This document shows positions 1 to 9,596 of a stretch of 64,000 nt of DNA, one piece after another; the first letter of the stretch is position 1; each line of letters starts with the position of its first letter. Below the pieces are notes generated by a model, which was not told the origin of the DNA, searched no databases, and was given only the letters and a program-made list of their open reading frames with translations. The stretch covers positions 57,976-121,975 of the forward strand of contig JBBAWM010000001.1 of assembly GCA_040397175.1 (NCBI GenBank). The letters are read 5' to 3'. A program made the translations under genes and the position numbers. The DNA comes from Candidatus Limnocylindrus sp. Lineage in GTDB: Bacteria; Chloroflexota; Limnocylindria; Limnocylindrales; Limnocylindraceae.

Positions 1-396
1 CGCGAATGCTGCGAGCGCCGACGGAGCGAAGGCGGCGATGCGTTTCGCCTCTTCGGCGGTCGGCGGCCAGCCGAGTCGCTCTCCGGCGCCCCACACCGAG
101 ATGGCGGTGCGCAGTGCATCCATCGGGTGTGCATGCGATGGCAAGAGGCGCAGGGCCGCGAGAACGGCGGGCGGCACCTTCTCGGGCACGAGATCTGCCT
201 CAGGGTGCCATTCGCCGGTCAGCAGGAGATCGAGAACGTTGGCGTAGGTCCCCTTGGTGACGACCTCTTCAATTGGGTAGCCGCGATAGAGGAGTCGCCC
301 TACTGCACCATCGACGTATCCAACCGCCGTCTCAGCGCCAACGACGCCTGCGAGGCCCGGACTGAATGGCTTCTCGGCGACGATCTCGTCACTCAT
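1..396 (-). CDS. Citrate synthase (or 2-methylcitrate synthase), N-terminal part; runs off the window start
   Basis: Not in the ORF track. Manual translation from ATG 396 gives MSDEIVAEKPFSPGLAGVVGAETAVGYVDGAVGRLLYRGYPIEE...HPMDALRTAIS, matching the GLxGV..ET...VDG..G.L.YRGY and HPM..LR citrate synthase motifs. ATGA overlap with the upstream gene's stop. Confidence 0.88.
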   Translation of the reverse strand, partial: MSDEIVAEKPFSPGLAGVVGAETAVGYVDGAVGRLLYRGYPIEEVVTKGTYANVLDLLLTGEWHPEADLVPEKVPPAVLAALRLLPSHAHPMDALRTAISVWGAGERLGWPPTAEEAKRIAAFAPSALAAFA

Positions 397-665
397 CGTC
401 GCGGCCGCCGATCAACGTATTCAAGGGCGAGGCGCAGGATCACCGAGCCGAGAAGCGCAACGAAGACGGATCCAGTGAAGCCACCTGGGTCGCCGTATCC
501 AGCCCCCTTCGCGAGGGTGCCACCCACGATGCCGCCCAGGATGCCAACCAAGATGTTCGGGAGGCAGCCGCGTGCCGCGCGACCGCCGACGAGGAGCGAG
601 GAGAGGCCGCCGGCCAGAAAGCCGACGAACATCCAGCCGATCGGATCAAGGTCAAAGAAGCCCAT
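393..665 (-). CDS. GlsB/YeaQ/YmgE (transglycosylase-associated) small membrane protein, 90 aa
   Basis: MGFFDLDPIGWMFVGFLAGGLSSLLVGG...GCLPNILVGILGGIVGG...GSVFVALLGSVILRLAL, the typical Gly-rich three-helix pattern. Start chosen from TACGAT 7 nt upstream. Confidence 0.85.
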   Translation of the reverse strand: MGFFDLDPIGWMFVGFLAGGLSSLLVGGRAARGCLPNILVGILGGIVGGTLAKGAGYGDPGGFTGSVFVALLGSVILRLALEYVDRRPRR

Positions 666-728
666 CGGCGCGATCGTACGCCCGCCGGCAGAAACGCGCC
701 GCCCGCGTCGCGCGGGTAGACTCGCCGC

Positions 729-1952
729 ATGTCTGAAGGAGCCCTCTCCGCACGAATTAGCGACGCACCGAGCGACCCGATCTTCGGGATCGTTGAGCTC
801 TTCCGTGCCGACCCGCGTCCCCACAAGATCAACCTTGCCGCAGGTGTCTATATGGATGAGCAGGGGGTCACGCCCATCCTGCCGAGCGTTCGCGCCGCGG
901 AGGAGCGCCTGCTCGCCTCATCGACCTCGAAGCTCTACATGCCGATCAGCGGTGATCCCGCGTATTTGGCGGCGGCCAAAGCACTCCTCTTCCGCCCCGA
1001 AGGCGGCGCCTGGGGAGAGCTCGAGCCCGCCGCGGCCCAACGCGTGCAGATAATCCATACACCTGGCGGCACCGGTGCGGTGCGACTTGCCGTTGACCTT
1101 GTCGCGCGCCTTCGCCCCGGCGCGGAGATTTGGGTCGGTGAGCCGACGTGGCCAAACCATACGCAGATCATTGAGTCCGCGCGCATGACGGCCCGTCGCC
1201 ACGACTGGATTACCGACGATGCGCGATCCCTCAACACCAGCGCACTCTTCGATGCGATCGCCGCGGCCAAGGGCGGCGACGCGATGATCTTCCACGGTGC
1301 CTGCCACAACCCCACGGGGATTGATCCAACGCCAGAGCAGTGGATTGAGATTGCACAACAGATTGCCCATCGCGGCATCGTGCCGATCCTCGACTTTGCC
1401 TATCAGGGATTTGGTGAAGGGCTCATCGAAGATGCCGCATCGCTGCGTGCTTTCTTGGCAACCGGATGTGAAGTGCTCGTTGCCAGCAGCTCCTCGAAGA
1501 ACTTCGCTCTCTATAACGAACGCGTTGGCAGCCTGGCAATCATTGGTGCCGATGGTGCGGCGGCCGCCGCAATCGCCTCTCATGCGCGCATGGCGGTGCG
1601 CACCATGTGGTCGAACCCACCGGCCCATGGCGGCGCGATCGTGTCCACCATCCTGGGCGATGCAACGCTTCGCGCACAGTGGGAGGGTGAGGTCGGCGCC
1701 ATGCGCACTCGCATTCAAGGGAGCCGCGCCGCTCTCGTCGCCGCACTCGCCACCGCTGGCGCAGGCGACTTCTCGTACCTGCTCAACCATTACGGCATGT
1801 TCTCGCTCCTCGGACTCACTGACGATCAACTCACGCGCCTCCGCGACGAGCATGCGATCTATCTCGTATCCCGGGGCCGCATCAATATGGCTGGCCTTTC
1901 CACGACGAAGATCCCAATCGTCGCGAAGGCGGTCGCGAGCGTGCTCGCCTAA
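729..1952 (+). CDS. aspC: Aspartate/aromatic amino acid aminotransferase (AspC/TyrB type)
   Basis: KINLAAGVY, TPGGTGA, HGACHNPTGID, DFAYQGFG, PLP-lysine SSSKNFALYNERVG, GRIN motifs. Confidence 0.9.
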   Translation: MSEGALSARISDAPSDPIFGIVELFRADPRPHKINLAAGVYMDEQGVTPILPSVRAAEERLLASSTSKLYMPISGDPAYLAAAKALLFRPEGGAWGELEPAAAQRVQIIHTPGGTGAVRLAVDLVARLRPGAEIWVGEPTWPNHTQIIESARMTARRHDWITDDARSLNTSALFDAIAAAKGGDAMIFHGACHNPTGIDPTPEQWIEIAQQIAHRGIVPILDFAYQGFGEGLIEDAASLRAFLATGCEVLVASSSSKNFALYNERVGSLAIIGADGAAAAAIASHARMAVRTMWSNPPAHGGAIVSTILGDATLRAQWEGEVGAMRTRIQGSRAALVAALATAGAGDFSYLLNHYGMFSLLGLTDDQLTRLRDEHAIYLVSRGRINMAGLSTTKIPIVAKAVASVLA

Positions 1953-2002
1953 CGGGCGCGATTACCCCCTCCGAGGCGGGATCCCTCGCGTAGACTCTCC
2001 CC

Positions 2003-2851
2003 ATGGAGACGGCTGGTTCACACGAGGCTCGCCTACTGACCCCGCGCCTCGTCGGGCGCGTCTGGGGTGGCGATCGTCTTCGAAGTCTTCTCCCTGAAGC
2101 GGCGCCGAGTGGACCGATCGGTGAAGCCTGGTTCGGTGATGCCGACGAAGCGCCTGACGGCGTATTGGTGAAGCTGCTCGACGTACAAGATCGACTCTCG
2201 GTGCAGGTGCATCCCGACGACGCTCTGGCCAAGGTCATCCATGGGCCGACTGCGATTGGCAAGCATGAGGCGTGGGTAGTTTTGGAGGCGGCGCCTGGCG
2301 CCGAACTCCTACTCGGCCGTGCCGCATCGACGTCTGGCGCCGACATCGCAGGTGCCCTGGAGTCAGGGGCCGATGTCGCCCCGCTGCTCGCTCGCCATCG
2401 CGTGCATCGCGGCGACGTCTTCGACGTGCCCACTGGTTGCGTACATGCACTCATGCCGGGCCTCTTCATCTGGGAGGTGCAGCAGCGTTCCGATCGCACC
2501 TACCGCGTTGCCGACTGGGGGCGCAACGATCCGTCCCGGCCACTCCATTCGCAGGAGGCGCTCCGCGCCACCGTTGCGGAGTTTCAGGCAACACGCACCG
2601 CCGCCATTGACTGGGGCCGCCCCGGCGAACAGATCCTGGTGGCGTCACCACACTTTTCGGCACGCGCCGTTGTTGGCCCCTGGACGGGACGCCTCACGGT
2701 GAACGTCCACGGGGCGACGGCGACTGCGACCGGCTCGGTCGTGGTGGGCGGCCTTCGACTGGCCGCCTTGACGACCGCCCATCTCGCCGCAGGCGAGGTC
2801 GAACTTGTGGTCTCTGACGGCGCCACCCTCCTGATCGCCGAAGGGCGGTAG
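2003..2851 (+). CDS. manA: Class I mannose-6-phosphate isomerase (cupin)
   Basis: VWGG, GEAW, LVKLLD..DRLSVQVHPDD, GKHEAW, VHAL, EVQQRSDRTYRVADWGR..RPLH motifs. Confidence 0.88.
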   Translation: METAGSHEARLLTPRLVGRVWGGDRLRSLLPEAAPSGPIGEAWFGDADEAPDGVLVKLLDVQDRLSVQVHPDDALAKVIHGPTAIGKHEAWVVLEAAPGAELLLGRAASTSGADIAGALESGADVAPLLARHRVHRGDVFDVPTGCVHALMPGLFIWEVQQRSDRTYRVADWGRNDPSRPLHSQEALRATVAEFQATRTAAIDWGRPGEQILVASPHFSARAVVGPWTGRLTVNVHGATATATGSVVVGGLRLAALTTAHLAAGEVELVVSDGATLLIAEGR

Positions 2852-2897
2852 GCGAAAGATTCAGATTCCTTAACCTTCGCGGGCCTGAGCACAAATT

Positions 2898-2940
2898 CGC
2901 AAGTAAAACAGTTGCGCATGGGCGCGTGCTCGTTCATGAT
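2898..2940 (+). promoter_or_regulatory. Putative livK promoter (TTGCGC-N17-CATGAT) with an overlapping inverted repeat CGCAA-N9-TTGCG
   Basis: -35 at 2912-2917 and -10 at 2935-2940 with 17-nt spacing; inverted repeat at 2898-2902/2912-2916. Confidence 0.4.
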
Positions 2941-3069
2941 GATCTTCCTCGACTGCATCGGACGCAGCCGAACTGTCACATCTGCTTCGGTAGATGAGGC
3001 GTGATCACGTAGTCCGAAACAGAGGCGAGCCCAGCCGGAACGGTTGGGAATAGCAGATAGGAGGACCTC

Positions 3070-4266
3070 ATGAAGGTCTTTAACAAGAAGGGCCTCAGCG
3101 CCCTTGCAGCAGTTGCGATTCTCGCAGCTGCCTGCGGTGGTTCAACCGGAGGCAAGACGCTGACGATCGGGATCAGCTTCCCGCTCAACGGCGCATCACT
3201 TGCGTCAGCGGGTCCTGCCCGTGACGGCGCGCTCCTTGCGATCAAGGAGGCTTCGATCGAGGGCTACACCCTTGCGTCGAAGGTTCTTGACCATGCCGTC
3301 GACGGCAAGAAGAACCCAGAGTTGGGTGCTGCGGACATGTTGACCTTCGTCGGTGACGAGACGGTCGTCGCAGTTGTTGGTCCGTTCAACTCGGCCGTTG
3401 CGCTGGCACAGATCCCAGTCTCGTCTGAGGCCGGGCTTCTTCAGTGCTCGCCATCGAACACGAACCCAGACCTGACGAAGGGCGATGCTGGCGCAGCCCT
3501 CCGCGGTGGTCGACCAGTCAACTACATCCGCCTTGCGACGACGGACGACCTTCAGGGTCCAGCCGTTGCCGTCTACGCCAAGGAGAATGGCGCAAAGAAG
3601 ATCTACATCCTCGACTCCACCGATGCTTACGGCAAGGGTGTGGCCGATGCGTTCCAGACCAAGTTCGAAGCTGACGGCGGAATGGTCGTTGGCCGACAGG
3701 GTCTTCCAGCCGGCACGACCGACTTCTCAGCTGTTGCGACAGCCGCGAAGGCAGCCAATGCTGACTCGATCTTCTACGGTGGTGTGACGTCAGACGGCGC
3801 TCCACAGTTCCGCAACGCGCTTGCCCAGGCGGGCCTTGGCGCACTGCCGTTCTACGGTGCCGACGGCATCTACGACGGCGATGGAGTGGGTTCATACATT
3901 GCGACCGCCGGAGAGAATGCTGCGAATAGCTTCTCTTCACAGGCCGCGATTGAGAGCATTCCTGACCGCGCAGCGTTCAACACCAAGTTCATGGCCGAGT
4001 ACGGTCATGATGCCGAGGGCTACGCTGCCGCCGGTTACGCCTGCGCGCAGATCATCATCGAGGGAATCAAGGCTGCCGTCGCCGGTGGCACTGTGACCCG
4101 CGATACGGTCCGCGAGGCGATCATTCACCCAGGCACCAAGTACGAGACGGTACTCGGGCCAGTGTCGTTCGACGAGGTTGGCGATACCTCCCAGCACATC
4201 ATCTCCCTGTACAAGGTTGAGGGTGGCAAGTGGGTGTTCGACAAGCAGATCGACTACGGCAAATAA
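3070..4266 (+). CDS. livK: Branched-chain amino acid ABC transporter substrate-binding lipoprotein
   Basis: Lipobox LAAAC; VVGPFNSAVA, SPSNTNPDLT, YIRLATTDDLQG, DAYGKG motifs; GGAGG SD. Confidence 0.9.
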   Translation: MKVFNKKGLSALAAVAILAAACGGSTGGKTLTIGISFPLNGASLASAGPARDGALLAIKEASIEGYTLASKVLDHAVDGKKNPELGAADMLTFVGDETVVAVVGPFNSAVALAQIPVSSEAGLLQCSPSNTNPDLTKGDAGAALRGGRPVNYIRLATTDDLQGPAVAVYAKENGAKKIYILDSTDAYGKGVADAFQTKFEADGGMVVGRQGLPAGTTDFSAVATAAKAANADSIFYGGVTSDGAPQFRNALAQAGLGALPFYGADGIYDGDGVGSYIATAGENAANSFSSQAAIESIPDRAAFNTKFMAEYGHDAEGYAAAGYACAQIIIEGIKAAVAGGTVTRDTVREAIIHPGTKYETVLGPVSFDEVGDTSQHIISLYKVEGGKWVFDKQIDYGK

Positions 4267-4310
4267 ATCTGGGAGCGTGGGGAGACCCACGCGCCTGATC
4301 TAGGCACCGT

Positions 4311-4348
4311 GAAGGCCCCCATCACCCAAAAGGGTGATGGGGGCCTTC
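4311..4348 (+). terminator. Perfect 17-bp hairpin between livK and livH (terminator or mRNA-stabilising element)
   Basis: gaaggcccccatcaccc-AAAA-gggtgatgggggccttc; only a weak T-run follows. Confidence 0.7.
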
Positions 4349-4449
4349 GATTTGCGAGGCGGTGGGCTCCCTCTTGCCGAATCCCGCTCTGGGCGGCACT
4401 ATCTGTTGAATGAATCTGCAGCCAGTTGGGTTGCCAGCGAGGGGGGTAT

Positions 4450-5466
4450 ATGGCCACAGCCAGCGTGACACCGACGAGTGCAAGTCGCCTCGTCGGCAGC
4501 CTGCGCCTCCCCAGCACGATCCTTATCTTTTTGGGCCTCGCGTTCGCCGTGCTCGGCATCGACCAATTTGTGAACGCCTTGACCCTCGGTGCGATCTATG
4601 CCCTTGTCGCCCTCGGGTACACCATGGTCTACGGCATCATCGAGCTGATCAACTTCGCCCACGGCGACGTCTTCATGGCCGGCTCCTTCCTTGCCATGTT
4701 CATCAGCAAGACGCTCCTTGGTAACACGGGGGGCATTACAGATCTCCCGCTCCTGATGGTCAGTGTGGTCGTGGTCCTGCTGCTCACCATTGGGTTCATG
4801 GCCATCGTGGGTGCCGTCATTGAGCGACTCGCTTACCGTCCACTCCGCCGGGCGCCAAAGCTCGCGCCGCTCATCACCGCCATCGGCGTGAGCTTTATCT
4901 TGCAAAACATCATCCAGTTCGTCTTCGGTCCGACCATCATGACGGTGCCCCAACTGGTCCCCGTCGAGTGGGCAATCCAGGTCTCGGGAGCGCGCGTCCC
5001 GCTCTTGAACCTCTTCGTTATCGCCACATCGATCGTGCTCATGATCGCGCTGCAGCTCTTCATCTCGCGCACGCGCACGGGTCGTGCGATGCGAACGACC
5101 TCGATGGATCGTGACGCGTCGTCACTGATGGGGGTCGACATCAACCGCACGATCATGATCACCTTCTTAATCGGCTCCGGGCTTGCGGGGGCGGCGGGGA
5201 CGGTGCATGGCTTGTATTACGGCAACACCAGCTTCAGCCTTGGGTTTGAATCTGGCCTGAAGGCGTTTACCGCCGCCGTGCTTGGCGGCATCGGCAACAC
5301 GGTAGGGGCGGCGTTGGGCGGCTTCTTGATTGCCTTCGTCGAGGTTGGCGCTTCGGCATTCGGCTATGGTCGCTGGGGCGGCGCAATCGTCTTCTCCCTG
5401 TTGGTGGTCTTCTTGGTCTTCCGCCCAACGGGCCTCCTCGGTTCGCACACGGGTGACCGCGCGTGA
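4450..5466 (+). CDS. livH: Branched-chain amino acid ABC permease LivH
   Basis: LGAIYALVALGYTMVYGIIELINFAHGDVFM, IERLAYRPLR, GLKAFTAAVLGGIG; start after GAGGGG SD. Confidence 0.93.
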   Translation: MATASVTPTSASRLVGSLRLPSTILIFLGLAFAVLGIDQFVNALTLGAIYALVALGYTMVYGIIELINFAHGDVFMAGSFLAMFISKTLLGNTGGITDLPLLMVSVVVVLLLTIGFMAIVGAVIERLAYRPLRRAPKLAPLITAIGVSFILQNIIQFVFGPTIMTVPQLVPVEWAIQVSGARVPLLNLFVIATSIVLMIALQLFISRTRTGRAMRTTSMDRDASSLMGVDINRTIMITFLIGSGLAGAAGTVHGLYYGNTSFSLGFESGLKAFTAAVLGGIGNTVGAALGGFLIAFVEVGASAFGYGRWGGAIVFSLLVVFLVFRPTGLLGSHTGDRA

Positions 5467-6581
5467 GTGGGTTGCGCGCCGCGCTGCGCGACCGGTTTGC
5501 GCCGGTGCGCGCCTACTTCCGCCTCCACCGAAGCCTTGGCATCGTTGTTGGCGTGTTGCTCATCAGCATTGCCCTTCCGTTGATCACGCGCGTTCCACCA
5601 TTTGACGGCATTCAATCCACGAATGCGTGGGCGAATGCATTCACCAACGCGGCGATCTATGCAACGCTCGCGATGGGCCTCAACGTGGTGATTGGATTTG
5701 CCGGGCTCCTCGATCTTGGCTATGCGGCATTTTTCGCCCTTGGTGGCTACGCGTACGCATTCGTGGCCGCTCCATTCACGGGGATTCACCTACCGTTCTG
5801 GCCGATGCTGCTCGCTGGTGGGGTGGTGGGGGCAATCTTCGGCATCCTGCTCGGCGCGCCAACACTGCGACTGCGCGGTGATTACCTCGCCATCGTCACC
5901 CTTGGCTTCGGGGAGATCGTGCCGATCACCTTGATGAACTCCGATAAGTTCACCAACGGCGTCAACGGGATCAGCGGAATCGACAAGCCAAACATCCCTG
6001 GAATCTTGCAGTTCACGCTCATCAATCCATGGCCAATGTATGGACTAGTGATCGCGCTCTTCACGGTGATCATGATTATGATCTTCCGCCTTCAAGACTC
6101 GCGCCTCGGGCGAACCTGGGATGCAATTCGTGATGACGAACTCGCCGCAGAGTCTTCTGGCGTGAACATCGTCATCTCAAAGCTCCAAGCCTTTGCCGTA
6201 GGCGCCTCGATCGCCGGCATCGTTGGTGTCGTAAACGCCGCCAAGCTGACGATCGTGACACCAGACCAGTTCCGGTTCTCGGTCTCCATTAGCGTGCTCG
6301 CAGCCGTAGTACTTGGCGGCATGGGTAACACCATTGGCGTTGCAACCGGTGCGTTCATCATCTATCTGTTCCAGAGCATCTTGCTCAAGCAGCTCAATAC
6401 CCTGGTGGGGAACTTCAATATTCCCGTGCTCAGCGACATCGACTTCCTACAGTTCCAGTACGTGCTGTATGGCATCGTCCTTGTGCTGATGATGCTGAAG
6501 CGTCCGCAGGGCATCTTCCCCGCAGGTCGACGCATGCGTGAATTCGCCCCGCTGAAAATCGGGAAGCGAGGACTGAAGTGA
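5463..6581 (+). CDS. livM: Branched-chain amino acid ABC permease LivM
   Basis: GLNVVIGFAGLLDLGYAAFFALG, LRLRGDYLAIVTLGFGEI, AIRDDELAA, VVLGGMG. Confidence 0.93.
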   Translation: MSGLRAALRDRFAPVRAYFRLHRSLGIVVGVLLISIALPLITRVPPFDGIQSTNAWANAFTNAAIYATLAMGLNVVIGFAGLLDLGYAAFFALGGYAYAFVAAPFTGIHLPFWPMLLAGGVVGAIFGILLGAPTLRLRGDYLAIVTLGFGEIVPITLMNSDKFTNGVNGISGIDKPNIPGILQFTLINPWPMYGLVIALFTVIMIMIFRLQDSRLGRTWDAIRDDELAAESSGVNIVISKLQAFAVGASIAGIVGVVNAAKLTIVTPDQFRFSVSISVLAAVVLGGMGNTIGVATGAFIIYLFQSILLKQLNTLVGNFNIPVLSDIDFLQFQYVLYGIVLVLMMLKRPQGIFPAGRRMREFAPLKIGKRGLK

Positions 6582-7600
6582 GTGCAGCGAAGGGCGGACC
6601 AATGCTGAGGGCCCGTGGGGTCACCCGAAAGTTTGGCGGCCTCGTCGCCGTAAACGGTGTGGATTTTGAGATCCCGCGCGGCTCCATCAGCGCGATCATC
6701 GGGCCAAACGGGGCAGGAAAGACCACCTTCTTCAACGTGATCGCGGGAATCTACGCTCCAACGTCGGGCACCATCGAACTCGATGGAAAGCCGCTCATCT
6801 CCCCGCCGACGGGGTCGGGGCGCGAGCCGATCCTGCTCATCCTGCCAACGCTCCCATTCATTGGCCTCGCGGTTTACTTCCTGATGTCTGTTGGTGGCGA
6901 CACAGGCCTCGTGGAGGGGGTTGCATCTGCTGCCGCCGCCCTCCTTGGCTTTGTGGGGGCCCTGCTCCTGAACATCGTGCGACCAGCTTGGTACAATCGC
7001 CTCATCAAGCGCATCGGCGTAACGCGCCCAGCGCGCCCGAACGACATGGTGGTGGCTGGCCTGGCACGCACCTTCCAGAACATTCGCCTTTACAAGAGCC
7101 TGACCACGCTCGAGAACATCCTCGTTGGCATGCACGTGCACATGCACGGCAGCCTCCTTGGCGCACTCTTCATTACCAAATCGGTGCGCGAAGAGGAGGC
7201 GGCTGCCGAGCAGCGCGCGCGTGAGCTCCTTGCCTTCGTTGACCTTGCCGGTATGGAGAACGAGTTGGCGCGGAACCTGCCGTACGGCAAGCAGCGCCTT
7301 CTGGAGATCGCCCGCGCGATCGCCAGTCGTCCAAAGCTTCTCTTGCTTGACGAGCCCGCGGCTGGCATGAATCCAAAGGAGACCGAAGAGATGACCGCTC
7401 TGATCCGCCGCATTCGCGACAATCTCGACATTACGGTGCTGCTGATTGAGCACGACATGCGCGTGGTGATGGGCATCTCGGATCACATCACCGTGCTCGA
7501 CCACGGCGAGAAGATTGCCGAGGGGCTACCAAAAGAGATTCGCACGAACCCGAAGGTGATCGAGGCCTATCTCGGCCGCGGCGCCGCCGCGGGACACTGA
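6578..7600 (+). CDS. livG: Branched-chain amino acid ABC ATPase LivG carrying a hydrophobic internal insertion
   Basis: GPNGAGKTT, ARTFQNIRL, LPYGKQRLLEIARA, LLLDEPAAG, LLIEHDM, VIEAYLG. Confidence 0.92.
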   Translation: MSAAKGGPMLRARGVTRKFGGLVAVNGVDFEIPRGSISAIIGPNGAGKTTFFNVIAGIYAPTSGTIELDGKPLISPPTGSGREPILLILPTLPFIGLAVYFLMSVGGDTGLVEGVASAAAALLGFVGALLLNIVRPAWYNRLIKRIGVTRPARPNDMVVAGLARTFQNIRLYKSLTTLENILVGMHVHMHGSLLGALFITKSVREEEAAAEQRARELLAFVDLAGMENELARNLPYGKQRLLEIARAIASRPKLLLLDEPAAGMNPKETEEMTALIRRIRDNLDITVLLIEHDMRVVMGISDHITVLDHGEKIAEGLPKEIRTNPKVIEAYLGRGAAAGH

Positions 7601-7613
7601 GAGGAGTACGGCG

Positions 7614-8327
7614 ATGGCACCACTGCTTGAACTAAAAGATGTGCACACGTACTACGGCGCGGTCCATGCCCTACGCGGCGTCTCCCTGAAGGTCGAGGAG
7701 GGCGAGATCGTCACGCTGATCGGTTCCAACGGGGCTGGTAAGACCACGACACTGCGCACCATCTCTGGGCTCGAGCGCGCCCGTTCGGGGAGCATCACCC
7801 TCAATGGGAAGGCGATCGAGGCGGCGGCGCCGCACGAGATCGTAAAGCTTGGCGTTGGGCACAGCCCCGAGGGTCGCCGGGTGTTTGCCCGCATGTCGGT
7901 GCGCGAGAACCTCGAGATGGGCGCCTTCCTGCGCAAGTCTGGCCCCGACGTGCAGAAAGACTTCAAGAAGGTCTTTGACCTCTTCCCACGACTGAAGGAG
8001 CGAGAGAGCCAGGCCGCAGGCACCATGTCTGGCGGTGAGCAGCAGATGCTCGCAATTGGCCGCGCACTCATGGCGCAGCCAAAGATCCTGTTGCTCGACG
8101 AGCCTTCGATGGGCCTTGCGCCGATTCTGGTGGAGCAGATCTTCGACATCATCACCGAGATCAACTCACGCGGAACAGCGGTACTCCTCGTCGAGCAGAA
8201 CGCCATGATGGCGCTCGGAATCGCGAAGCGCGGCTACATTCTGCAGATTGGCGAGGTCACCCTCGAAGATAGCTGCGATAAGTTGGCCAAGAACCCGAAG
8301 GTGCGCGAAGCCTACCTCGGCGTCTAG
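7614..8327 (+). CDS. livF: Branched-chain amino acid ABC ATPase LivF
   Basis: GSNGAGKTT, PEGRRVF, MSGGEQQMLAIGRAL, LDEPSMGLAP, LVEQNA. Confidence 0.95.
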   Translation: MAPLLELKDVHTYYGAVHALRGVSLKVEEGEIVTLIGSNGAGKTTTLRTISGLERARSGSITLNGKAIEAAAPHEIVKLGVGHSPEGRRVFARMSVRENLEMGAFLRKSGPDVQKDFKKVFDLFPRLKERESQAAGTMSGGEQQMLAIGRALMAQPKILLLDEPSMGLAPILVEQIFDIITEINSRGTAVLLVEQNAMMALGIAKRGYILQIGEVTLEDSCDKLAKNPKVREAYLGV

Positions 8328-9595
8328 CCGGCGATCTTGCGCAGCGCGCGAAAGAGGCGCCGCCCGTCACTTCGATCGGCAATCTCTTTCGGCATCTGGC
8401 CCGCTGTTGACCCAAGTAGCCGTTGGTGCGCAGTGATCGCGTGAGCGAGCCCGGTCAAATGCCGCGTCGGCCTGGCACCGCGCTCCCACCAGAGGCCGTC
8501 GATTGCCAGCGAACCCGTCTCCTTGACGCGCCGCAGCTGAATGCGTCCGACGAGCGCATCTCCGGCGTGGATCGGCATCACGTACGGCCCATACACGCGG
8601 CGCTTTTCTGGGGTGTAAATCTCCCAGCGGTAGTGAAAGTTGTAGAGCGTCTCGAGGCGCTTGCGATCGTGGATGAGCGGGTCGAGTGGCGAGAGGAGCG
8701 TCACGGCATTCGGATCGGCGGCGACCGGGCGCGTGCCGGCGGTGGCGCGCATCGCCGCCTCAAGGGCGAAGCGCTCGCCGCCAGGAATACGCCATGGCCC
8801 GGCGAGACCCTCAATCTCAATCTCAAGCAGGGCACCGCGTTCGGTGAGGCGCCGCACCAGCTCCTTGCGCTTGAGTGGCCAGTCGGTCTGCACCCAGACG
8901 CCGTTGGCGGAGGCGAGTCCAAGGTCACGGTGCCGCGCCAAGAAGGTGTGTTCGACCTGCTCCTCTTCGCTGACGCGGCGCTCCAACACGTTGCGTGGGA
9001 TCAGTCGCTCGGCAAGGTCAAACCAGCGACGCGAGCCGTCGCGGCGCGCAAGGTGCAGTAGGCCCGCGAGCTGCAGCATTTCGAGGGCGGCGCGATAGGC
9101 GGGGGTCTGCCCCCACGACCACGCGACCAACTTCGAGGGACCGAAATCGGCGGCGCTGAGCGGTCCCTCCGCGCTGATGCGCGCCATCACGGTGTCAACC
9201 CAGGGCTTCAGCCGCTTGTAGGTTCCGTCGCGCCAGTAGCGCTCGCGACGCTTGTCGGCGGGGCGTCGGTAGAAGGGGAGTTCGCTTGTGGGCACAATCA
9301 CCAGCACCCCGTTGTACTGCTCGACCAGGGCACGGTGCGCCGGCACCTTGGCGTAGAGGAGCTCATCAACCCAGCGTGGCTCAAAGCCGTCGATACGGGC
9401 GTGGCAGACGATCTCGTGGCTTCGCCCCGCAAGGTCAACCGGGTCGAACTGCAGCGAGCCGAGCCGCTCAACAAGCGCCAGCACCGAGCCCTTGCTTGCT
9501 GGGAGCTGGCGCGGCGGAAGGAGCATATGGCGCTCGGCGAGGAAGCGGCGAGCCGCCGCCTTCGAGACGCGCAGGGGCGCGTCGCCCGCGCTCAT
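8324..9595 (-). CDS. YcaQ/AlkZ-family (HTH_42) crosslink-repair DNA glycosylase
   Basis: LQFDPVD (QxD motif), LLSPLDPLIHDRKRLETLYNFHYRWEIYTPEKRRVYGPYVMPI, characteristic of YcaQ. Confidence 0.85.
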   Translation of the reverse strand: MSAGDAPLRVSKAAARRFLAERHMLLPPRQLPASKGSVLALVERLGSLQFDPVDLAGRSHEIVCHARIDGFEPRWVDELLYAKVPAHRALVEQYNGVLVIVPTSELPFYRRPADKRRERYWRDGTYKRLKPWVDTVMARISAEGPLSAADFGPSKLVAWSWGQTPAYRAALEMLQLAGLLHLARRDGSRRWFDLAERLIPRNVLERRVSEEEQVEHTFLARHRDLGLASANGVWVQTDWPLKRKELVRRLTERGALLEIEIEGLAGPWRIPGGERFALEAAMRATAGTRPVAADPNAVTLLSPLDPLIHDRKRLETLYNFHYRWEIYTPEKRRVYGPYVMPIHAGDALVGRIQLRRVKETGSLAIDGLWWERGARPTRHLTGLAHAITAHQRLLGSTAGQMPKEIADRSDGRRLFRALRKIAG

Positions 9596-9596
9596 C

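Noticed and set aside
2947-3069. T-box or hammerhead assignment for the livK leader
   Set aside because: No GGTGGNACC T-box antiterminator and no exact CTGANGA core; kept only as an unassigned structured leader
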